Source: Oikopleura dioica
Lineage: Eukaryota; Animalia; Chordata
Length of the DNA stretch: 64,000 nt
Direction: 5' to 3'
Assembly (NCBI GenBank): GCA_907165135.1
Contig: OU015569.1
Span: 12,524,001-12,588,000, forward strand
In this document: positions 26,260 to 39,381 of the stretch, piece after piece
Numbering within the stretch: the first letter of the stretch is position 1
How the letters are laid out: each line of letters opens with the position of its first letter
Notes under the pieces: generated by a model
Databases searched by the model: none
What the model was told of the DNA's origin: nothing
The model's input: the letters and a program-made list of their open reading frames with translations, nothing else
Translations under genes and position numbers: made by a program

Positions 26260-26590
26260 GTCGACGACGGCGATGACGTCCGCGTTGATAACGGTGGAAA
26301 GTCGGTGCGCGATCAGAATCGCAGTCCGCCCTTGCCGCGCCTTGTCCAGCGTATCTTGCACGATCTAAACCGATTTTCAATTTTTGAATTTTTTTCGTTT
26401 CCTAGAAAAGCCAATTTGTACCTTTTCGCTTTCGGTATCGAGGGCGCTAGTCGCCTCGTCCAGCAACAGAATTTTTGGCTTTCGAATTAGCGCCCTGGCG
26501 ATGGCGATTTTCTGCTTCTGTCCTCCACTCAGTTGGGATCCCTTTTTGCCGCAGCGGGTTTCTAGCCCCTGCGGAAGTTCCATAACAAAG
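26260..26590 (-). pseudogene. Isolated ABCB/P-glycoprotein C-terminal nucleotide-binding-domain fragment
   Basis: [52 protein letters not shown]|intron|[35 protein letters not shown]. No Walker A or TM exons found nearby. Confidence 0.8.
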
Positions 26591-28495
26591 TCTCACGCGT
26601 GCTTATGCTCACTAAATTTTGAGCACCCACGTGCTCACGCGTGCTCGTGCTCACGCAAAATTTTCAGATTTCAAACCCTGGCGGTGACGCCCAGCTGAAT
26701 CCATGCATTGGTCGAGGTCTCTTCGACGCCAGTGGTGTCGAACGGAAGATGAGGATTCGCCGGCTTGGATAGAGGCGTCTTTGACAGTTGGAACTTGAAC
26801 TTGTTCGGGTAGTCGGAGAAGCGAATCGGAGACTGCCACACCTACAATTTTGATAATTCAGCAACGCTGATTTTGAATCAGTTTTTTACCTCTTTTGGTG
26901 GGCAAATCAAGGTCGATTTATTATCCGGGCCGACGAAGGATTGGAGGTATTCTTCGAGGTCTTTTTCAGTGTTGATTGGCCTAATAAAGAGGAGTTAGTT
27001 CGTCAGTGAGAAAAAAGTAGTGATGCCAACTTTTGTGGTGACTTGATGCGGTGGCGGAGTGACGAACTGAGCGATGCCGGCGAGCGGCTCTCCCGTTTGT
27101 TCGGATCGTTGCGCTTGAGACACGCGGCGATGGCTCTTGTGTGATCGCGAAGGTTGATCTCCGGCGCCTGAACAACGTTAGAGAAATATCGTTTCCTATT
27201 TGAGAGCTTCCTGTGAAGAGGAAAGAAAAGCGGCTAGTAATGAAGGAAGTTATTTCTTACAATGATGGCCGGCTGAGGCAGCTCTTCTTTTTGTTCTTTC
27301 TTTGGCGACGATTGCGGCGGCTTTGGAATTCCAAGAGAAATGACAACCATGATTTCTGAGACGAAGAAAATGCCGAACAGCCCGGCGATGTAGAGACTCA
27401 GCCGGTCCCAGTAGCCATTCAGGAAGCTGAAAGTTGTAATTCAAAGGGAGAAATTTTTGAAATATCAAGAAAAAGGGAAGATTTTTATGTCTTTCTCTTT
27501 TTTTTCGACCCCAGTCGTCTATGTCTGCAGCAAAATTTTTTCCAAACTAATTTTTCTTTTTTTTTATCAGTTCAAGACAAAAATTCAGTTTGATATATTT
27601 ATTTTCAAGGTTGTCTAAAAATATTTTCTGATTTTTAAGAAAAAAAGTTCGCAGGTAACGAGTATTTTTATATTTTTCGAGTTAAACAAAGAAGGTTTTT
27701 GAAAAAGTAAACGCAAGTTATGGTGTCAGCAGTTGGCTCACGTGATGTCTCGAACTCGCTGCTGGGCTTGGCTACTGAGGTAAATTTCGCGAAACTAGTC
27801 ACCTGGAGTTTCTTGAGTTGTCTAGCGCTGTCCGATGAGGAGTCCCGGGAATCTAAGGACGAGTATTTAACTCGACGGAATCGTTACAGCCGCTCAAAGT
27901 CAAGCTGAGAGAATTCAACGAAGAAATCAACGAAGAAAATTGAAAAAAAACCTCATAGTCCAAGAGACGAAAAAATCAACAAGAGACAGTAATACGAAAA
28001 TACAGAAAAAATGACAGTAGAAGAAAGAAACCTACAGAGAAGAGAGTCATTACCCCGTTTTCAAACAGGAGGTGAGAAAAAAAAGTCGGGAAAATTATGA
28101 TTTCTTGTTATTATGAAATTTGTTCTGTCTGCTAGACAGCTTGATGGATGGGCAATTATGGGTATTTGGCATTTTTTATGTCGAAAATCAAAATTAGGCT
28201 ATTTTTTAGTCGAGCGCCAAGGTGGCCCAAAACATTTTTCATTTTTATTTATTAAAAATGCTCCTTCAAAGAATCGAATTTTGCTGGAAATTTTTGAGTG
28301 ATAAGATTTTTCCTTGGTTGAATGTTTCAGATTTGAGAACAAGCCGAGAAAGTCAGAGAGCACGAGGTATTTAGAAAATTAAAAACATGGTTTTGTATCC
28401 ACAGACAGGGCAAATAATAAAACGGAAAAGCGCAGACTTTGAAATACAAAAAGTTAAAGTTTTCAGATTGTCGATTGTACTCAGAATGAACCCCT

Positions 28496-29623
28496 TTGAA
28501 CCGCTTTTTAGATGCTCCAAATCCAAACGGATTATACGCCCACCGCTATCCACGAATGGATGAAGGTTACTACCGCCGTCTAGCGTCCTTCAACAACTAT
28601 CCCTCCAACACCAACATGACGAAAGAAGAACTAGCCTGGGCAGGCTTCGTCTGGACCGGGCGCAACGACGAGGTCCGCTGCGAATATTGCTCCGTTGTTT
28701 TAGCACAGTGGCAAATTCACGATGTGGCGTTTTCCGAACACTGTCGGGTCAGTCCAGACTGCCCTTTTATTCTTCCCAGACGATCACAGTAAGTTACACT
28801 GAATAAAGATTTTGTTTGCGGTTCTTCAACAATTTATCAACCTTACCTAACAGAAAAATCATTTTTTGAACTCTTCTTTTCAGGCCAAACACGCCGGATA
28901 AAAGATTTTTATACGATCGCCGGATCAGCTTCAACAACTGGACTCGCGCTCATCCACTGCCTTCCGAGCTAGCCGACGCTGGCTTCTTTTACACTGGCGA
29001 ATCCGACCACGTGAAATGCTTCCACTGCGACTTGGTGCTCCACTCGTGGGAACCGACTGGAATGCCCTGGCACGCGCATGCCCGCTTCAGCCCCTTCTGC
29101 GCCTACGTCATCGTCGAAAAGGGCATCGACTGGATTCGCAGCGTCTGCAACATGGACGCCAGTCAGTACAGAAATCGCTTTCTCGCCATTTTGGCCGAGT
29201 CGGCAAATGATCCAATGTCCGTCCAAGCCGCGGAAGATATTCTTGCTAATTTAACGGACGATGACGACTCGCTATTTGGCGACGTTGGAATGCCAACAGG
29301 TCATTTTTCGACTGAATAACAAAAAAAAAATTACAAAAATATTGATTTCAGGTCCAGTTGGAATCCCGATATCAGAAGAACTGCGTGGCCGACCTCCCGA
29401 GCCAGTAAAAGACGTAGACGATGTTCCAGACGACAAGCTCCGCCAGGTTCTATCGGAGCAACTGTCTTCCCAAAGCTGCAAAGTATGCCTGACGAATCGC
29501 GCCACAGTGGTGATTCTTCCTTGCTCGCACTTGGTCAGCTGCCCCAGCTGCATAAAGAAACTGCGAGACTGTCCCTTGTGCCGGGCACAAGCGGAAAGAG
29601 CGCTAGAAATATTCATCACTTGA
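28496..29623 (+). CDS. Inhibitor of apoptosis protein (2 BIR domains + C-terminal RING)
   Basis: BIR1 RLASF..LAWAGF..DEVRCEYC..W..EH..SPDC; BIR2 LADAGF..DHVKCFHC..W..HARFSPFC; RING CKVC..ILPCSHLVSCPSC..CPLCR. Introns at ~28789-28884 and ~29300-29351. Confidence 0.92.
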
Positions 29624-29875
29624 AGAAGAAGAAGAAGACAAAATCTATCTGTAATAATTTGCTGCTGCTGTAAATTTTGAAAACTGCTCATAACTGAAAA
29701 TGAAAACTAAACTTCAAAAAATTGCAAGTTTCTTATCACTTTTTTGTGCATTTTTCTTGTTTAAATTTATTGCAGCTTTCTTCGTAGCTAGTTCAGGAGA
29801 AAACAGGTCGAATGTTCAGAATTGCAAAAAGTTGCTAGACAGAAATTGAAGTAAAGAAAAGAGTTCTAGGGGGAA

Positions 29876-31702
<1,827 letters not shown>

Positions 31703-32653
31703 CACATTCTGAAAAGTCAACAAGTTTTTAAAAACCGCCGCCTGACATTGTGAGCTGCCCAGCTCGCCGCTTCAGCCAGAACTCTCCCCACCAGGACCAT
31801 CTGAATAATATCCTTTATCGTCAATTCCTGGTGAATTTTTATTCAATCCGAAAATTTTGAATGAAAACATCACCAATGCTTAAATGAATGAACGAAAATA
31901 TATTTTTATGTTTTGCTTCTTTTTCTCGCTGTTTTTAAAATAAAGCCAAAAGTATTCAGGTAATTTCAGACCGTACAGGTCTTTTCCTAACAGATTCAGC
32001 ATTGTGAAGGCCTTATTTTATCTGGAAAAATATTTTCATCAGAGGCTTTTTACTTTGTTGATTCTGGTAAGAAAAGACCTTCATTTTCTGAAGTTATCTG
32101 AGACATAGTGACACCTTATTTCAGCTGATTCCTACTGGCCAGTAACGTCAGATGGACTAAGGGTGTCACAATTACAAAGGCACTCAGAGAATTATTCTTT
32201 TGGATTAACAGGGTCTACTGCCTTGAGAGACTTAGGGGCTAGACCCCGTTAGACTCAAAAATGTGGAGAATTAATTCGGGACATCTTGGTTTTTTCTTTT
32301 TGAATGAATGAGTTAAATTAAGGAGGTTAATGAATATTTTTATGGAAAAGTTCTGTGCTTACATTTTCTACACCATAAACCTCCTTGATTTGATAATTTG
32401 AGGAGATAGGAAAAGAATATTACAACACCAATTAGGATATATTTCGCCGACACCGTAATTCATCCGTACATGTATTCAGAATACAGTACAACACCATTTA
32501 AAACCGGGGACTAACCTCTTAACCTGGCGGCGGACTTTTCCCATATAAAAATAAGAACACTCCGAAAGAAAGACTGAACAAAGAAAATGGTCAAAAGTCG
32601 AACTTGTTACTAACTTTTAGAAACTTTTAATTTTCAAGAAAAATGGTGAAGGC

Positions 32654-33260
32654 ACAAAGTTGTGAATGAAAATGACATTCTCGGGACCAAATCCTGACCC
32701 CCATGTTTTTTGTTCTCATCTGAAAGCCCGTGATCTGGGGAGTCGAATGGTATAGGTTTTGGGTCTTAGTCATCAGAAATGACGTCATAGGGCCTCTGTG
32801 ATTGGTTGAAAACAACCGACACCTATAACTTTTAAGTTTGCTAATAAAAGTATGCTGATTTTGGGCTCATTTGAAAGAGCAGGTCGAGATCTACTAGCGG
32901 GACACATGCGGGAGGAAAAATTCCCAGGGGAAAAAATTCTAGAGCCACCTAACCACGTGGTCAAAAATTGAAAACCGGTTGGTTGATCAATATTTGTAGG
33001 TCCGCTAGTAGATTTCGAGCTGCGCTTTCGAATGAGCCCAAAATCGATATAGGTTCCTATATTCAATTAAAAATTAGGGGTAGCTATAGGTTAACCCCAT
33101 ACGGCCCTTCAATCATCCATAATGACGTCATTACCGATGACTCAGCCCGACAATTATATACCATTCGACTCCCCAGATCACGGGCTTTCAGATGAGAACA
33201 AAAAACATGGGGGTCAGGATTTGGTCCCGAGAATGTCATTTTCATTCATCAAACTTTGTC
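32654..33260. mobile_element. Non-autonomous DNA transposon with long (~100 bp near-perfect) terminal inverted repeats and further internal inverted repeats
   Basis: tgaatgaaaatgacattctcgggaccaaatcctgacccccatgttttttgttctcatctgaaagcccgtgatctggggagtcgaatggtata is mirrored at ~33158-33250. No TSD recognised. Confidence 0.85.
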
Positions 33261-33656
33261 GAGTTACAGTTAATAATTACAGTATGAAGCGAGAAGGTGA
33301 AGCAATATATAAATAAAATAGGTGTTTCTCAAAATGCAGTTTTTACGCCACCAATCAAAAACTTTTCAAAGAAGAAAAAAACGCTCCAGTTTTTTTCGAA
33401 TTCGAGCGCTTTTTTCTTCTTTGAAAAGCCCGCCTTTGTTGACCAATCGCCGATCTTGATTCAATATACTCTTGAAAAGGCGTAAGAGAGCGTCAGTCAA
33501 ACAGTAAATAAAGTGAAATACTCAGAAATCAATTAATTAATTCAAAATTAATTAAAATTCTTCAAATTCAATGTTTTTTAAAATGGCAGATTGAAGTTGT
33601 GTTTTTGTGTACTTAGCGACTTCGTGAGAAGAAATAAGGCTGTTGTGTATTTTTTT

Positions 33657-36600
33657 CTAAGCTCGAGCGAAGATGTCCGTTTCTTCCTCGTCGTCATCTT
33701 CGCCATTTAGCAACGGGCTCTTGTCCGACATGTTCAGCGACTCGTACTGTACGTTCTTGCTTTTGCCGTTCATTCCAGCGTACGAGTTGTTGTTTTCCTG
33801 AATTACATTTTTACTGGAATTGGCAAATAAATCACTCTCTTGGTTGCAAATTGCAATGACTTACCGGGTCGGAAACAGAGTCGTTGATAAAATCCAAATC
33901 GAGGATTTCCTTCTTTTTGAGCAATTTGTAAATTCCAAAAGCAATAAGCGAATTAACGATGATCGCGAAAACAATGTGCCAGGCGAAGAAGATCACCGCG
34001 AACATCATGTTCATGTGCTCGCTGGAGTCCATTCCCATGTGGCCTTCTTCGTGGTGCCCGTCTTCCATCATGTCCCCGTGCGCTTCTTTGTTCCGTGCGC
34101 TTCTTTGTTCCGTGTCCAGAACGCCTGGCCATGCGTGCTTGCCGTAAATGATCTCAGCGACCTAAATTTTTAGTAAGTTCCTGATTTTTCATTTTTCGGC
34201 CTATTTAATGTCCAGTAAAACATTCTTTACTAGTGATCGGAAAAGCGAGAATGAGAGGCTTCAAGTAGAAAAAGAGCCAATAAGCCGCGATTATTGTAAA
34301 GCAAAGAAAAAGCCGCGCTTAGTGCGGCTTATCGACTTTTTTTTCACTCGAAGCCGCAACCGGCTTCTCGCTTTTTGAACTACTTCTTGTTAAAAACTTC
34401 TATATCCGCTAAAAATAACAGATAAATAGAAACTTACATGAATAAACCAGGTTCCCTGAGCAAAGACAAGAATACCAGTGACCATGTCGATGAGGTACAA
34501 TCTTCTGCGGCATTTGACAAAGAACGAGACCAAAAAAACTGAAAATTATTTTCATCAACTTTTGAAGAAAGACGACTTACAGGAAGCGGAAGCGTAGCAA
34601 ATGACGACGATGAGGATGTGAATGAGTTTGTCGATTTCGGAGCGGCCATGCACGTGATTTTGAAAGAGGAAGCCTTCGATGAAGAAGGCTAGGGCTCCGC
34701 TCAGACGGTCAATTCCTAGAATTAAGAGTTGAATGAAGAAAATAGGGATAAATGAAGTGGAGGGGACTAAGTGCGAAGGCGGGGAATTCTGAAGCCTTTA
34801 GGCCAATCAAACAGCGTTATAGGCTCCCCCTACCAATCAGGAATCAGTATGTCTCCTGCAAACCAATCAGGTGCCTTAAATTTCAGTAAAGAAAAATTGT
34901 GGCATCTGATTGGCTCGTGGAAGACGGAAAACTTTTGATTGGTGCAGGGAAGATGAAATACGTTTTGATTGGCCAAAGGCTCCGTAACTTGTCCGCCTAC
35001 TCATTTTGCCGAACCTATTCAAGAATCTAGAATGATAAAATAATCGAATGATAAAAAAGTCAAAAATTCACACACCGGTCAAAAAAGGAGCTCCGTGTTC
35101 GATTATTCTCGCGCACCCGTAAATCCCGAAAAAGAAGTACATAGTAAAGTGCTGCCAGTTCATGGGTTTATAAAAAGCTCCGGGTTCAGTGGGTCACGAA
35201 GCCGCCCAAAAGGCGGGTGGTTTCCGTTCCAAGGCCAGAAGAGTTCAACGAAGCTGCCAAGAGCGACAGCGATCAAAATGACGATCCCGTCTTTTCGTAA
35301 AAAGTTGCGGCGAGAATGACGCGTTGAAAAGGAAGATAAGCTTTGTCAATTGCCGAGTTCAAATACTACTTTTTCCTCTGTAGGATTTTTTATTGAGACT
35401 CTCAAAGAGAGACTAACGAGGTTAACATTAACTATCAATTATTATTAATTGAAATGTCGGAAACTATAAAAAAAAAGTATTTCAGCGTATTATTTTCCGA
35501 AAAGTTCACCTAAGTGACACCCTTATTTTATCTCCAGAAGAAAATTAAATTAAGGGTGTCACTTAGGTAAACCTTTCAGAAAATAATTCGCTGAAATACT
35601 TTTATTTTTATAGTTTCGGGATAATTCAATTAATAATAATTAATAATCAATAGTTTAACTATTTTGAACTCAATCTGATCACAATCCAAAGGGCGAAGAA
35701 AAAGAAAATTATGCCTTTCAATGCGAGTTAATAATATTTTTCCCAAAAAATAATTTAAAAAAAGAAGTAGCTCCATGTCAAAATGGGACAGTGTACTTTA
35801 TGTAAATTTTCACGCTCGGATAATTATTGATTAACTCTGCCTGGGAGCGCATGTCCACCGTAAGAAGCCATAATTTTATCTCTTCGTTACAGAAAATTCC
35901 GTATTTCCTCAATTTTCTCTGTCTGCGTTTGAATCAAATAAAACGAGTAATGTTCATTCAAACAAAACGTGTAGTTTCTCTCCTACGCGCAGTTACGTCT
36001 GTTTTCTTTATGACCAAGTCTTTTTCTTTTTCCTCCAATTTTCTCGCCGCTGGTGCTTTAGCGTTCAAAAACGTGAGTCAGAGGAGAACTCGGAAGAAAG
36101 CCGAGTTGCCATGCCCGCTTTTTGGAAATTAAATGTAATTATATGACCTCTTCTCGGCGGGGCCGACTAATCAATACGCAAAATAAAAAAGGAGAAAAAA
36201 TGGGATCAGACTGGGCAGCGCGGAACACGCACCATGCCTCGGGGTGATTTCTTGCGCTTTTTTCTATCAGGTTGAGCTTTCGCACTGTTTTCTCGTGCAA
36301 TTAACGAAGGAACCCCCTTATTACCGATTCAGGCTAATTTAAAAGATTCGTCTTTAGACAAGTCGCTAAGAGACTTCCTGGTGCAGGAACCTGACTCAGG
36401 CTGGGCTCGGCAACCTGTGTAGAAAACCTGAATCAGGTTTTGAAGAGCTAAAATGAGAAGGCGCGTCGGAGCTTTTTTAAGAACGAAGCCGCTTCGTGAA
36501 TTCGTTTTTAAAAAAGCTGCTAGGCGGCTTTTCATTTCAGCTTTTCAACCTGACTCAGGTTTTCTACACAGTAAGCTGAGCCCCACCTAAAGAATTGATT

Positions 36601-37578
36601 TTTCTGTTTGTGGAAATTAATAAGGGTGTCACTAACAAATGAAAACATTTTGAAAAGATAGAATAAAAAGATGCATAAGAATAATACAGATTCACGATAA
36701 TCATTTCTACCCTCTTAATTTCAACGAAACGGAGCTCCGGATTGATCACGTGTGAAATAGAGGCAATCAATTTTTTTACCTTTTATGAAGCGCGGTCCTC
36801 GAGAGACGAGAACAATAAAAAATCCCGTCATCACGAAGTCGGCATACATTGTAAAATGCTGCCAATTGTTGCCCGACCAGAATTCGTGAGTGACAGGGTC
36901 GCGCAGGAGTCCTTGTGCATTGCCCGGCCAGTAGAGCTCTAGAATTCAGCGTTTTCTGAGAGTTGCAAGGTTGATTCTTTGATTGTACCTATGATCGAGC
37001 CGATGACGCCGAGGAAGATCATGATGACGCCGGCAGAGCTCGGCAAAAGCGCTCTTCGTTGATTGCGCCTTTTGGAAAAGTCAATGGCGGAAACGCAGGC
37101 GCAGAAGGAAAGGCCGTAAAGCAGGAAAAACACTCCTTTCAAATGCGTTGCCAAAACAAGAATGATTTTATTACTGTCAATAGCGGAAACGAGTCGTTTT
37201 TAATCTGTCAGAAAGTCGTGTAACTACTCATTTTTTAACAGGCTACATGTTAAAAAATGTGGCCGTTTCTGCTGACTAATTTCAATAAAATTTAACATAG
37301 CGACGCCCTTATTCATTAATTAACCAATAAATAACTGTTTAAACTTTATTTTTGTAAAGAAAAATAAGGGTGTCACCATGCTAATTCTGAAGCATAGAGA
37401 AAGTGGACCTTCCTTCGGATTTTTAGTTTTAAAATAGCATAGGGATGTCCTTATTTTTACCAAAAATCTATTGATACGAGGTTAACCTCTATACCTGTGA
37501 AGAAAAATAAGGGTGTCAGTAAATAAGTAGCGATTAGCAACGCAATCCTGGAACAACATGGCCACCCCAGGAGCCCAT
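33657..37578 (-). CDS. TMEM45: TMEM45 (DUF716) family membrane protein, distal N-terminal module (ATG 37578) spliced to shared 3' exons
   Basis: MGSWGGHVVPG|VFFLLYG, ELYWP..NNWQHFTMY, GIDRLSGALAFFIEGFLFQNHVHGRSEIDKLIH, QGTWFI, FFAWH. Confidence 0.8.
34790..34985. mobile_element. Palindromic intronic element with three CCAATC boxes per arm
   Basis: ccaatca at ~34803, 34833 and 34863, mirrored by tgattgg at ~34908, 34936 and 34966. Confidence 0.7.
35076..35871 (-). CDS. Second (proximal) TMEM45 N-terminal module, possibly frameshifted
   Basis: MASYGGHALPG|IIFFFFALW..., ELFWPW...MNWQHFTMYFFFGIYG..GAPFLTG|gt; an in-frame stop/frame break lies near 35190. Confidence 0.65.
36401..36584. mobile_element. 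CTGGG-family MITE
   Basis: ctgggctcggcaacctgtgtagaaaacctgaatcagg ... cctgactcaggttttctacacag. Confidence 0.8.
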
Positions 37579-38073
37579 AGTAACGGACAGTTAAAATTTC
37601 AATCAATAATTTTCTCTCTCTGATCGAAGAACAAAATTTTGATCCTTTTTCTGCAAAAAAATATGCAAGAGAGCCAGTTTTCTTGCTCTGGCAGCGCGAT
37701 TCTTGAATAATTACGATCCCGGTGAAATTTTAACTTGCAATAGGAAAATAGAGGAAATCAAACATTCTCTATTTGAATATTGGAGTTTTCGATCATCGGC
37801 GCTAGGGCCTTTCTCTTTCTCAAACAATCGCGTTTTAATGTTATGCCAGCCAAATGAGATCATCTGAGAGAGAAAGAAAAAGAGTTGGCGCGAAAGAACA
37901 ATGATCCATGCTTTGCTAAAAAATGACCTTATCCGGCCCTGCTCGCCTTTTATTTTAGCTAACAATTTTTGAAGACAACGAAGAGAACTTTTTGAATCTT
38001 GAAAAGTGGCTAGTAATATTTTCAGAAAAAAAACGAAAAGAGAGAATGAAGACAGCTTTGAATTTGCTTAAAT

Positions 38074-39082
38074 TTATTCTTCCTCGAGGAATTCTGGTCT
38101 GGGCTTGGGAACGGTCATTTCTGGGATTTTGTCGATAATGCCAAAGTCTAAAAAAGAAGAGTTTTTTCTTGAGTGGACGAAGGAACTGACCGAGGGCTTC
38201 CTGGGCTGTCATGAAATTATCTCTTTCCATGGCATTGAAAAACTCTTCATATGTTTTTCCCTTCGCGTTGTGGGTTACATAGGTCTGTGTCAGGGTCTTC
38301 TTCGTTCTGTCGATATTTTTTGCCTAAAAGAAAATCATTGGCATTCGATAAAGATCGCTAAGATGTTCCCTAAATTGTAGGGAAACCCTCAGAGTAGATG
38401 CCTAAATTGTCGAAATTTCTACTGATTTTTCCTAAAAAATCACAAAAGAGTCGACTTACAGCAATAAGAATATCAGTAGCTTGTCCTTGCGCGCCACCAA
38501 GCGGCTGATGAATCATAATCTGTGCGTTTGGCAGTGCATATCGGCAACCCGGCGAGCCAGCTGTCAAAAGCAGGGATCCCATGGAAGCGGCGTTGCCCAA
38601 ACACCAAGTTTCCACTGGACAAGGAATTAGTTGCATACAATCGTAAATCGCCATTCCGGCCGTAACTACTCCGCCCGGCGAATTAATGTACATTTTAATG
38701 GGCTGGTCGGGCTTGTCTGAGGCCAAGAATAAAAGCTGGGCGACGACGGCGGCTGCCAACTGGTCGTGAACCTTTTCCGAATTCAAAATAAAATTAGTTG
38801 TTTTTTGAATAAAGAAAAGTTTCATCTCAAGTTTTGAACGCGCTCCTGACCAAAAACGCAAATAATTCTGTCTTTCAGTAGTCGCGAGTAAATATCATAA
38901 GTTCTTTCGCCGCCCATTTCTTGTTCAATCACCAGAGGAACGCCAAATGCTCTTTCTTGTGTTTTGATCGCTTGAGAGTTTGACTGAGAAAGAATTGAGC
39001 GGAAGAGACTGCTCTGGGCACGATTTGAAGCTCGCTGCAATTTTGCTGAAATTCTGCTATTTGCTGCTCTCACGAAACGCAT
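38074..39082 (-). CDS. CLPP: Mitochondrial ATP-dependent Clp protease proteolytic subunit
   Basis: Transit-peptide-like N-terminus, [69 protein letters not shown]. Confidence 0.95.
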
Positions 39083-39381
39083 TTTCTGAAGTGATTCGTA
39101 AAGTTAACGGAGTGGCCTTCGTAAAATGACATATAAGGGCTCGATAAGGGAGTGATACCCTTATTCAATCTTGCGGAAACATTCAAAAGAGTCAGATTAA
39201 GCTCTGGTGAAAGCCAAAAACTTGAAGTTAGAGTGTTGATACCCTTAATATTTTAAATTTTTAGGCCAGAGGAACAAGATCAGGGTTTTAGCCTTACTTT
39301 GGGAAGATAAAATAAGGGTGTCTCAATGCTTATTCACAAAATAAAAAGCTGTGGAAACAGCAAGGTCGAATACATATGAGT

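Noticed and set aside
26260-26590. Intact ABC transporter gene
   Set aside because: Only the signature-to-H-loop region is present and homology stops abruptly on both sides.
28496-29623. Viral (baculovirus-like) IAP acquisition
   Set aside because: The gene has spliceosomal introns, there are no viral neighbours, and 2xBIR+RING is a common animal architecture.
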